From the NCBI GenBank assembly GCA_040220235.1, contig JAVJTO010000071.1: a DNA stretch of 64,000 bases; one strand, given 5' to 3'. This document shows positions 9,769 through 18,118 of this stretch, piece after piece (position 1 is the first letter of the stretch; the number at the start of each line of letters is the position of its first letter). Both the position numbers and the translations under genes were made by a program. Source of the stretch: Coleofasciculus sp. B1-GNL1-01. GTDB taxonomy: Bacteria > Cyanobacteriota > Cyanobacteriia > Cyanobacteriales > Coleofasciculaceae. Under the pieces are notes generated by a model that saw only the letters and a program-made list of their open reading frames with translations, was not told the origin of the DNA and did no database searches.

Positions 9769-10692
9769 ATGAAATACGGAATTGATATCGGACATAACTG
9801 CCCTCCAGATACTGGTGCTAGCAATATCAGAAAAGAAGATGATATGACTAAGGCGGTGGGGACGAGAGTGATCTCGAAACTCAAATCCCTGGGTCATCAA
9901 GTCGTAGATTGTACCCCGAGTCGCGCTTGGAGTGTCAGCAATTCCCTACAGCAACGGTGCAATACAGCGAATAACAATCGTGTCGATCAATTTATATCCA
10001 TCCATTTTAATGCCTTTAACGGCAAAGCTAAAGGTACAGAAGTCTTTGCCATCAGCAATGCGGGGAAGGATATGGCTAAACCTGTATTAAATAATATTGT
10101 AGAGCTAGGGTACTTTGATCGCGGGATTAAAGATGGTTCCCATTTGTACGTCCTCCGAAATACAGCGATGCCCGCGATTTTAGTGGAGTGCTGTTTCTGC
10201 GATAATCAAGAGGACATGGATCGCTACGATGCCGAAGCCGTGGCAAATGCAATTGTCAAAGGATTAACTGGACAAACCGCATCACCGACGATTCCCCTTT
10301 CCCAAAATCCAATTGTTGACCTTCAAAAAGCCTTAAATCGACTCAAAATCAGAAGTCCCAAAGGTATACCATTAAAAGAAGATGGTTCCAACGAAGCGGA
10401 TACTACAGCAGCACTCAAAACCTTTCAGGCGATCGTTGGTGTTACACCCACAGGTACTGCTGATGCTAAAACCTGGCAGATCATTACTCAAATTTTAGCC
10501 ATGCCAGTGTTGCGAGAAAACCATGCCACAGGATCTGTGGTCAAATATGTACAACGTCGTGTCGGGGCGACACCAGATGGAATATATGGTTCAGCCACAG
10601 CCGCCGCCGTTAAACGATTCCAACAACAACAAGGGATCACGGCTGATGGTATTATTGGTCCCCAAAGTTGGAGCAAAATACTGGCTGATTGA
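9769..10692 (+). CDS. N-acetylmuramoyl-L-alanine amidase (Amidase_3) with two peptidoglycan-binding domains
   Basis: 'IDIGH', 'FISIHFNA', 'MPAILVECCFCD'; C-terminal 'DGIYGSATAAAVKRFQ...DGIIGPQSW'. Confidence 0.92.
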   Translation: MKYGIDIGHNCPPDTGASNIRKEDDMTKAVGTRVISKLKSLGHQVVDCTPSRAWSVSNSLQQRCNTANNNRVDQFISIHFNAFNGKAKGTEVFAISNAGKDMAKPVLNNIVELGYFDRGIKDGSHLYVLRNTAMPAILVECCFCDNQEDMDRYDAEAVANAIVKGLTGQTASPTIPLSQNPIVDLQKALNRLKIRSPKGIPLKEDGSNEADTTAALKTFQAIVGVTPTGTADAKTWQIITQILAMPVLRENHATGSVVKYVQRRVGATPDGIYGSATAAAVKRFQQQQGITADGIIGPQSWSKILAD

Positions 10693-10831
10693 GTGTTGAA
10701 TTTTGAATTTTGAATTGTTAAGGGAAGTAGGGGCGGGTTTCACTATTATCATTTTTTTCCCGCCCTGATGTGACTAAACCCGCCCATTACTAATATTGAA
10801 CGAATGACAAATGACAAATGACAAATGACAC

Positions 10832-12643
10832 TTAATGCAAATCAGCTTCCCACACGCCAATATAAATGCGATCGCGTTCATTGCGTTCAATCACCCCTTT
10901 TAAGGGAGAACCATTATTACTGGTGAAACGATAACGATTGGATTGACGCTGATAAACCTGAGTTAATCCCTGGCGAATCTCTGGTGAGAGATTGCGACTC
11001 AGCATTTTATCTAAAGTATCTGCCATCGCTTCTAATCCTACTGATTGGGCAAATGCCACCTCAGTTTGGCGCAAACGCTTAGTATCGCGATCAAACAGAT
11101 AACCGAGACTGACGCGATCGCGAATAAAGTCTTCATAGAGTAACGCCTGGGTATTATGCCACAATCCTTTGGATAGCTGGGTTGGCGTGCCTAAGGCAGC
11201 CTCGACAACTTTTCGAGAGGTTCCTGGTGTAAATCCAGGGATTTTATTGGATAGAGGCGGTTTGGGAGTCTGGTTTTCGGGTGCAGGTGAGGGTGAAGGC
11301 GGGGGAGTTGGGGAAGCGAGAGGAGACGGGGGAGGAGAGGGGGAAGATAACACTGACGGTTCAGAGGCAAACGGTGTGGGGGGATCAGGAGACGGCAGGA
11401 GTTCTGGGGATTCTTGGATACGGAATGTGGGATCAGTTGGGTATAGCGATGTTGGAGATTCCGGGTTCACCAGTTTAGGCGGAGGAGTTGGCGGAGGTGA
11501 AGGAGTTGGGGGCGGTGTAGGTGAGGGCAGAGGGGTGTTTTCAGAGGAGGCGGATACTGACTCTGAGGGTGACGGTATGCGATTGGAGGGTTCTAATACC
11601 CGGTTTAAACCCCAGCCAATCGCCACAGCACTCAGGAGTAAGCCGCCAGCAATTAAGCCGCCGAAGCGCCGAGAGGGTTGTTCCTCCTCTGCTTGTAGGG
11701 ATTTTCTGCGGATAGGAACGGTTGGCGGAACGGCTGGCTTACGGGTAGAAGGGACAGGTTCGCTAGAACTAGAAAGGGATAATGTGGGTGTCGCGATCGT
11801 TGTTGGATGGGCGTTTAAGGCGTCCAGCATCTCCTTAGCATCCGCAAAGCGATCGCGCGGATGAAAGCGAATTGCCTGATCAATCACCGTAGCTAAATGG
11901 GAGTGACAATCCGGCGCATCCCGACGCCATAAAATTTCGCCCGTGCGGGTATCGGTTTCGAGAGTTTGCGGTAATTTACCCGTGAGCAAAAATACCGCAA
12001 TTAAGCCCAAACTATACAGATCACTAGCATAGCGAGGACGCCCTGCGGCTTGTTCGGCTGCCATAAACCCTGGTGTGCCAATGACTATCGATGGGGTGGT
12101 GTTGGCTTGGGAATGGACAACGGTTTTAATCGCTTCTTTAACAGCACCAAAGTCAATCAGCACAGGTAATCCGTCTCGCCGCCTGACAATCACATTATCC
12201 GGTTTAAGATCCCGGTGAACAATGTGACAACTGTGGACGTAATCCAGTACAGGCAACAGACTCAACAAAATTGCCTTAACTTGACCATCATTCAGCCGAC
12301 CTTCCCGGTCTACAATTTGAGTCAGGGTATCCCCTTCAATCCATTCCTGAACCAAGTAAAATTGTCCAGATTCGGAAAAATAAGCAAATAATCGGGGAAT
12401 TTGAGAGTTATTCTCACCTAACTCTTCTAAAACCGCCGCTTCCCGCTGAAATCGCTCTTTTACTTGCTGATAGGTTTGGGGATCATGAGTCATGGGTTTA
12501 AGCTGCTTAATCACACACTTACGTCCCGAAGGCATATAAGTATCTTCAGCGAGAAAGGTATTCCCAAACCCACCTGCCCCCAGCGTCTGGAGGATACGAT
12601 AGCGATTATTAAGCAGCGTTGGCGTCATGAGCGATTTAGGCAA
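10832..12643 (-). CDS. Ser/Thr protein kinase with TM helix, Pro-rich linker and C-terminal domain
   Basis: GAGGFG, VIK, HRDLKPDN, DFG, GTPGFMAAE, SDLYSLG. Confidence 0.95.
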   Translation of the reverse strand: MPKSLMTPTLLNNRYRILQTLGAGGFGNTFLAEDTYMPSGRKCVIKQLKPMTHDPQTYQQVKERFQREAAVLEELGENNSQIPRLFAYFSESGQFYLVQEWIEGDTLTQIVDREGRLNDGQVKAILLSLLPVLDYVHSCHIVHRDLKPDNVIVRRRDGLPVLIDFGAVKEAIKTVVHSQANTTPSIVIGTPGFMAAEQAAGRPRYASDLYSLGLIAVFLLTGKLPQTLETDTRTGEILWRRDAPDCHSHLATVIDQAIRFHPRDRFADAKEMLDALNAHPTTIATPTLSLSSSSEPVPSTRKPAVPPTVPIRRKSLQAEEEQPSRRFGGLIAGGLLLSAVAIGWGLNRVLEPSNRIPSPSESVSASSENTPLPSPTPPPTPSPPPTPPPKLVNPESPTSLYPTDPTFRIQESPELLPSPDPPTPFASEPSVLSSPSPPPSPLASPTPPPSPSPAPENQTPKPPLSNKIPGFTPGTSRKVVEAALGTPTQLSKGLWHNTQALLYEDFIRDRVSLGYLFDRDTKRLRQTEVAFAQSVGLEAMADTLDKMLSRNLSPEIRQGLTQVYQRQSNRYRFTSNNGSPLKGVIERNERDRIYIGVWEADLH

Positions 12644-12690
12644 GCTGTTTATGAATGATGAATATGAATTATGATATCTTAAGCAACTCC

Positions 12691-13441
12691 GAAAAACCGG
12701 GTTTTTGAAGTATTCCTAGAAACCGGGTTTCTCGTGAGGATGCAACGTCATATCAACCTTTCACTCAAAGAAACCCGGTTTCTTGACCGATGTCTTGTTT
12801 CTATTCAAAAATTAAATGCTGTATCATCGCCATCGTAGGTTCTTGGGCTTGATATTCGTCATTGGAGTCAAATAGCTGTTTGAGGGCATTTATTTTTGGC
12901 AATGTACCCTGTCGTAATTTCGCGTAGTCTTGATAACTGGAGAATTCCCAATCTCTTGGATGGTTAACGAAGCCAGCCTTGACCGGATTCTGATGCACAT
13001 AGTAAACCAGTTGCAAAAGATAGTTTTCTTGATCGACGACAACGGATTGGAAGCGCCCTTGAAAGAGAGATCCTGTTCTGTGATAGCGCTTATTGATAGC
13101 TTTTGTGTAGGAGAGTGAAAAGGCTTGCATGGCGTCAGAGAGGTTACTAGATTTTAGGTACACAACCAGGTGGTAATGGTTGGGCATCAGGCAATAAGCG
13201 ATGACATCTAGAGTCTGGGAAATTAGGAATCGACGGATTTGGCGCAAAAAATAGAGGTAATTTTCGCGTTCAAAGAAAATATTGTGGCGATTATTTCCCC
13301 GATTGTAAAGATGATAATAACATCCCGACTTGAATGGGGTTTTTCGATAAGGCATGGTCTATACAATAACTTGAGAAACCGGGTTTCTGAAGCCATACCC
13401 AAAATTGATAGGAAATGTCTAACAAAGAAACCCGGTTTCTG
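12691..13441. mobile_element. REPtron-like unit: Y1 transposase flanked on both sides by AGAAACCGGGTTTCT / AGAAACCCGGTTTCT palindrome pairs
   Basis: Palindromes at ~12691, 12718, 12769 and ~13374, 13426. Confidence 0.75.
12801..13355 (-). CDS. REP-associated tyrosine transposase (RAYT / IS200-like Y1 HUH enzyme)
   Basis: 'YHLYNRGNN', 'AYCLMPNHYHL' (HUH), 'GSLFQGRF', 'YVHQNPVKAG', 'WEFSSY'. Confidence 0.9.
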   Translation of the reverse strand: MPYRKTPFKSGCYYHLYNRGNNRHNIFFERENYLYFLRQIRRFLISQTLDVIAYCLMPNHYHLVVYLKSSNLSDAMQAFSLSYTKAINKRYHRTGSLFQGRFQSVVVDQENYLLQLVYYVHQNPVKAGFVNHPRDWEFSSYQDYAKLRQGTLPKINALKQLFDSNDEYQAQEPTMAMIQHLIFE

Positions 13442-13450
13442 GGCGAGTCA

Positions 13451-13996
13451 TTATTTTAAATCCAATAATCCCTGCTCTTTTAACTTAGGATTAAAACGAA
13501 TCTCAGCTTGCAAACCACGGGCATTTAACTGTTCGACTATTTCCGCTTCAACGCGCCGTGCTATTTTCTTTAACAGCTTAATTTTTCCTAATTCTTCACT
13601 CTTGTTATAGGTGGCTTTATCCTCATCGGTCATCGCCTTTTTCGCATCAATCGGCTGATTCCAAATCGCTTCATCTTGACCGTTCCCTGGCGGAATGTCT
13701 CCATTTTCTTCAATCCAAGCCTTACGGATTGTTTCCAAGCGAGTGCGATTGGGGCGCTCAATGGTTTCCGCTTTCAACCAATAGCAGGATTGAGGCTGAC
13801 GGACTAGGTGTTGTTTTAAACTGACATAAATATCACGAGAATAGTTGACCAGTTGCAGGGTTTTATCCTGGTCAAAAATGGCATAGACACCGATTTTACC
13901 GGATAAGGATTCTGGGAGATTACCCCCTTCATCCAAATAAGGGATATAGTCTAAGTCAGAGAGAGCGGGAGTTGGCGTTTCAGAACTCATCAGCAA
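13451..13996 (-). CDS. GIY-YIG nuclease-like protein (cyanobacterial/plant type)
   Basis: 'GVYAIFDQDK.LQLV.YSRDI..SLKQH', 'PPGNG...W'. Confidence 0.75.
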   Translation of the reverse strand: MLMSSETPTPALSDLDYIPYLDEGGNLPESLSGKIGVYAIFDQDKTLQLVNYSRDIYVSLKQHLVRQPQSCYWLKAETIERPNRTRLETIRKAWIEENGDIPPGNGQDEAIWNQPIDAKKAMTDEDKATYNKSEELGKIKLLKKIARRVEAEIVEQLNARGLQAEIRFNPKLKEQGLLDLK

Positions 13997-14000
13997 TAGG

Positions 14001-14327
14001 TTAGGCTATTTTTCGATAAATCGCGCAAAGACGGCTGGGGTTAAAGATTTTGGCTTTGAACATGAAGTTGGGCGGGACATTTATAATTGCATAATCGTCC
14101 GATTCGTGATACTGTTCAAACTCCCGTGGCATCCCTTTGGGAGTCCCTTCGCTGTAGGGGACAGGTTGAAACAATAACTCAGTGAATTCCAAATCTTGAC
14201 AGTGCAGTTGTCCCGCGACTTGCTGGCGGAAGGCTTCACCGTTCAACAAGCTAAATAAATGGGTCTGGGCATCTGGCTCCAGGGTAAAGCTGCCATCAAA
14301 ATTGTTAACAATTTTTAAATTAGCCAT
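14001..14327 (-). CDS. Hypothetical protein
   Basis: 108-aa ORF co-oriented with and 4 bp from the next gene. Confidence 0.65.
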   Translation of the reverse strand: MANLKIVNNFDGSFTLEPDAQTHLFSLLNGEAFRQQVAGQLHCQDLEFTELLFQPVPYSEGTPKGMPREFEQYHESDDYAIINVPPNFMFKAKIFNPSRLCAIYRKIA

Positions 14328-14519
14328 GGTGGGGCAGAATCGTGAGCAAGTTGACGACTGGGATGATTATACCCCACATCTTGCATCATTCTCAGTCAGC
14401 CAATTTTAGGAGGGCGACCCGACAATAGTTAGGGGTCTGTTCTCTTAATTGAGTTGAGTGGGTCGCCCCTACAAATCTATGACCGACAAATCAGCTTTTG
14501 GCGACGGTAGCAGAGGATG

Positions 14520-16232
14520 TTAATGATGCTCCCGTACCTGTAATGTCCGCAATCGATTTAAGGCGGCGGCTAACTCAAATCGCCGGAATAATACTAAGTC
14601 TCCTTCTGGCAAATTTCCCAGCAAATCTAATCCCTGAGATTCAAGATCTGCCATCATCCGATTTAGCACTTCGGCAACTGTAGTTCGCCCATTAATATAG
14701 TGCCGTTTGGCATAAACAATCGCTTCAGCAATTGCCCGTAATTGCCCTTTCTCTACAATTTGTTCAACGGCGGCTAAATCAATTTCCTCTTTGCCAAAGA
14801 CAACTTCATCCACATCGCGCACCTTCAGCTTAACGTCTCGTGAACCGCGACTGGGGTCAATGCTTTCGGGTAAGGGAATACGCGGTGCAATCTCGCCAAA
14901 CTCTTTTCCGCCTTCAGGAATCCGTTCTGTTTGATACTGTTTCGCGATCGCACGGGCTTTTTCGGTAACATCGTAGGGTTGGAAGTTATCCATGGCGATG
15001 ACGGTATCGGCGACATCAAAGTAATCACCGCTACCCCCCATGACTACAATCGTGGATACTCCATAATCGGTGTAGAGTTGGCGTATCTTATCGATAAACG
15101 GCGTAATCGGTTCCTTGTCTTTGGCAATCAACTGTTGCATCCGATGATCCCGAATCATAAAGTTTGTCGCCGCCGTATCCTCATCCACGAGTAATAACTG
15201 GGTATTAGCTTCTAACGCTTCAATAATATTCGCCGCCTGGGAGGTACTTCCACTCGCATTGGCGGTGGAAAATTGACGAGTAGACCGACCTTGGGGTAAT
15301 TGGTTAATAAACGGCGAAATATCCACACTGGCAATACTACGCCCATCTTCTGCCCGAATCTTCACGGCTGAGGCGTGAGTTACCACCAATTCCCGTCCAT
15401 CTTCCGGAATGTGATTATAGACCCCCACCTCGAGCGATCGCAAGACGGTAGACTTGCCATGATAGCCACCGCCGACAATCAAGGTAATTCCCGCTGGAAT
15501 CCCCATCCCTGTTACCTCTCCCCGATTGGGACAATTAAAGGTTTCCCGCAAGGTTTCTGGGGATTGGAAGGGTAAGGCATTGTCCTCTAACGGGCGATCA
15601 TCCACGCCACTGCGTCGGGGTAGAATGGCATCATCGGCAATAAAGGCAACTAAATCCCGTTCGGCTAACTGTTGACGCAACCAGTCTGCATCTTCGATGG
15701 TTTCAACGTGCTGTTTAATCTCTACCGCATCTAGAGAGTCGTACTTCAGCGCTTGATCAACAATCTCTGGAATATCCTCACACAACATTTCCGCCGCCTG
15801 ACGCCCAGAGATACGTCGTCCCCGTGCAGGTAAACCGACGACAAAGCGCACTTCGACGAGTTCATCATTGACAAAAGCCGCCGTGCGTTCGATTACTGAT
15901 TGTCCCACGGGCATAATCGCAATCCGCCCACTATTTCCGGTTCCTCGATGGGAACTAAACTCTCGCGCCACTAAATCAAACTGGCGTGTCAGGTAATCCC
16001 GTAAGGCGATTTCTCGACTACGACTTTGGTAAAGGGTTTTGGGAAAATCCGCCACCGCTTGGGACAGTTGCACCCGAACATGACTGGGACTGGCAAAGGG
16101 ATCACCTTGGACGCGATCGACAATTAAGGTAAAATCCGAAAAGTGATAACGTCCCTTGATATCCTTATAGGCTTTGTAGCTCTTGTCGTCAAGTTGGAGT
16201 AGGAGTTGGCGTAGTTTCTCGCGATTACTCAT
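14520..16232 (-). CDS. ABC-class ATPase-like protein (predicted ATPase of the ABC class family)
   Basis: 'VQGDPFASPS', Walker A GGGYHGKST, 'IRAEDGR', 'ASGSTSQAA', 'DEDTAATNFMIRD'. Confidence 0.88.
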   Translation of the reverse strand: MSNREKLRQLLLQLDDKSYKAYKDIKGRYHFSDFTLIVDRVQGDPFASPSHVRVQLSQAVADFPKTLYQSRSREIALRDYLTRQFDLVAREFSSHRGTGNSGRIAIMPVGQSVIERTAAFVNDELVEVRFVVGLPARGRRISGRQAAEMLCEDIPEIVDQALKYDSLDAVEIKQHVETIEDADWLRQQLAERDLVAFIADDAILPRRSGVDDRPLEDNALPFQSPETLRETFNCPNRGEVTGMGIPAGITLIVGGGYHGKSTVLRSLEVGVYNHIPEDGRELVVTHASAVKIRAEDGRSIASVDISPFINQLPQGRSTRQFSTANASGSTSQAANIIEALEANTQLLLVDEDTAATNFMIRDHRMQQLIAKDKEPITPFIDKIRQLYTDYGVSTIVVMGGSGDYFDVADTVIAMDNFQPYDVTEKARAIAKQYQTERIPEGGKEFGEIAPRIPLPESIDPSRGSRDVKLKVRDVDEVVFGKEEIDLAAVEQIVEKGQLRAIAEAIVYAKRHYINGRTTVAEVLNRMMADLESQGLDLLGNLPEGDLVLFRRFELAAALNRLRTLQVREHH

Positions 16233-16417
16233 AATGTGGTCAGAAATTGGGTAATAGCTGCTTTCACACTACTACCAGATCCCCGACTTCTTCACGATTA
16301 TCAAATTCCTGACTCCCAAATCTAGCTGTTGCTGATCATTTCAGGGGTGGAACACCGGAAATAGCTAACGTTACCAATGACAACTGACAAACGACAAGAT
16401 TTGTTGGGTACGACTCC

Positions 16418-16774
16418 TTATCTCAACAAACGACCAACCAAGGAGGTAACTGAGTTAACCAGCCATATCATCGAGCCAGCCAGGAAAATGTTCTCCCGCA
16501 ATTCTCGGCGATTAACCCCATAGCTGGAACGACGCCCACTACCCGCACCATCACGCTCTAAATCATAAATAATTTTCTCCGCGTACCACCGATCAGATTT
16601 GCCGGGATATTTCATTTGCGCCTGAGCCAGCAGTCGTTTGGCTAAACCCTTATTCCCTTTTACGGCTTTAAGTAAATAGGGGTCTATCCCTTCATTATTC
16701 TGGGAATCGCGCCAGATCAAAAAAACCATCACACCAATCAACGCCAGCAGTGCGATCGCGAAGGGCAGTTTCAT
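16418..16774 (-). CDS. Small hypothetical membrane protein
   Basis: N-terminal TM; 'KYPGKSDRWYAEKIIYDLERD'. Confidence 0.65.
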   Translation of the reverse strand: MKLPFAIALLALIGVMVFLIWRDSQNNEGIDPYLLKAVKGNKGLAKRLLAQAQMKYPGKSDRWYAEKIIYDLERDGAGSGRRSSYGVNRRELRENIFLAGSMIWLVNSVTSLVGRLLR

Positions 16775-16920
16775 TGATTTAACCTTGAAAGATGGATATT
16801 CCAGTTATTCTATCCGCTAATTTTCTACACTGCCAAGCTAAAAATATTTAGAAATATTAACGGCATAGTTCCTATCTTCAGGGCTTAAGTTGACGAAACC
16901 GAAAAACTGTAGTAGCAGCT

Positions 16921-17007
16921 ACCAAAAAATTCTTGAGACTTGGCGCGATCGCACAATTGTTCTTGAGTGCTGATAAACCTTGTGGCTTGGGCATTCCAGG
17001 CATACAG
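16921..17007 (-). pseudogene. Degenerate copy of an internal 3' segment of selD (matches 24236-24322)
   Basis: Ungapped alignment by eye, e.g. gcgcgatcgcacaattgttcttgagtgctgataaacc vs gcgcgatcgcaaatctcttcttgattcctgataaacc. Confidence 0.7.
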
Positions 17008-17072
17008 CACATTGCTCCACGATAGTTTAGGGATATGCTAAAGTGACAAAAAATGCTTCCTCCTGTGATAGT

Positions 17073-17831
17073 ATGTCCCTTTCTACTTCCGCGAAAATCA
17101 TCTACCCCGAAAGTGACGGTCAACCTTTGGCAGACAATACAATCCAATTCCGCTTGATTGTCACCATTCAAGGTGGAATTGATGCCCTATTTCTTGAGAA
17201 TCCTAATGTCTTTGTTGCTGGAGATTTATTTTGGTATCCAGTGGAAGGTGAACCGTGGATTAGACAAGCACCTGATGTCATGGTTGTCATCGGACGTCCC
17301 AAGGGTGATCGACGTTCCTATAAACAGTGGGAAGAAGACAATATTCCGCCGCAAGTCGTTTTCGAGATTGCTTCTCACAGTAATACGAAGACAGAATTAG
17401 AGGAAACCAAGCGTTATTTTTATGAACGTTATGGTGTCGAGGAATATTACCTGTTTGATCCTCAGCCTGGAATCCTCAAAGGATGGCAACGAGATGACGG
17501 AATATTACAGCCAATTCCGAGAATGTCGGGTTGGATTAGCCCCCGTTTGGGCATTCGATTTGAATTGGAACAAGGAAATTTACAGTTATACCATCCTGAT
17601 GGGGAGCGATTTGCTTCGTTTGTGGAAATTATTGAACAGCGGAAGTTAGAAAAACGAGCAAGAGAACAAGCTGAACAGGAAAAAATACAAGAACAACAGG
17701 CACGAGAACAAGCGGAGTTGGCGCAACGAAATGCGATTCCCAAGTTATTGGCAATGGGTTTAACTGTAGAACAAATTGCTGAAGCGTTATCGTTACCCGT
17801 GGAGACTGTACGGGCGATCGCTGAAAAGTAA
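17073..17831 (+). CDS. Uma2 (DUF820) family endonuclease
   Basis: 'YPESDGQPLADNT.QF', 'APDVMVVIGRPKGDRRSYKQWEE', 'VVFEIAS', 'YGVEEYYLFDP'; ATG 17073 preferred over GTG 17043. Confidence 0.92.
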   Translation: MSLSTSAKIIYPESDGQPLADNTIQFRLIVTIQGGIDALFLENPNVFVAGDLFWYPVEGEPWIRQAPDVMVVIGRPKGDRRSYKQWEEDNIPPQVVFEIASHSNTKTELEETKRYFYERYGVEEYYLFDPQPGILKGWQRDDGILQPIPRMSGWISPRLGIRFELEQGNLQLYHPDGERFASFVEIIEQRKLEKRAREQAEQEKIQEQQAREQAELAQRNAIPKLLAMGLTVEQIAEALSLPVETVRAIAEK

Positions 17832-17867
17832 GCTTAATGGTTAGTGCCACATATAATTTCCAGGACA

Positions 17868-17974
17868 AGCGCGATCGCACAGTTGTTCCAGATTACTGAT
17901 AAACCTTGCTGCTTGTACATTCTGGGGATACAGCGAACTAACTATTCCTTCACAAGTTCCGTTACCCTCTCCAG
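17868..17974 (-). pseudogene. Second copy of the selD 3' segment (matches 24257-24367)
   Basis: Encodes GIVSSLYPQNVQAARFISNLEQLCDRA vs SelD GIVSSLYPQNVQAARFIRNQEEICDRA. Confidence 0.88.
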
Positions 17975-18118
17975 TGTCATGTAGGGAGTCTTGCAAAGTG
18001 TGCGAGATATCACTTAACTCGCCAAACTTGATCACCAGACAGTAATCAAATCCTTGTGTTAGCTTGGGTAAATAGTCTGTATTTTCCTCATCAGCACCCA
18101 GCTACTCAGAACGCTCCC

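Noticed and set aside
11169..11864. 231-aa Gly-rich ORF
   Set aside because: Antisense shadow of the kinase Pro-rich linker
17841..18035. 64-aa ORF as a real gene
   Set aside because: Explained by the selD fragment; listed as a pseudogene remnant
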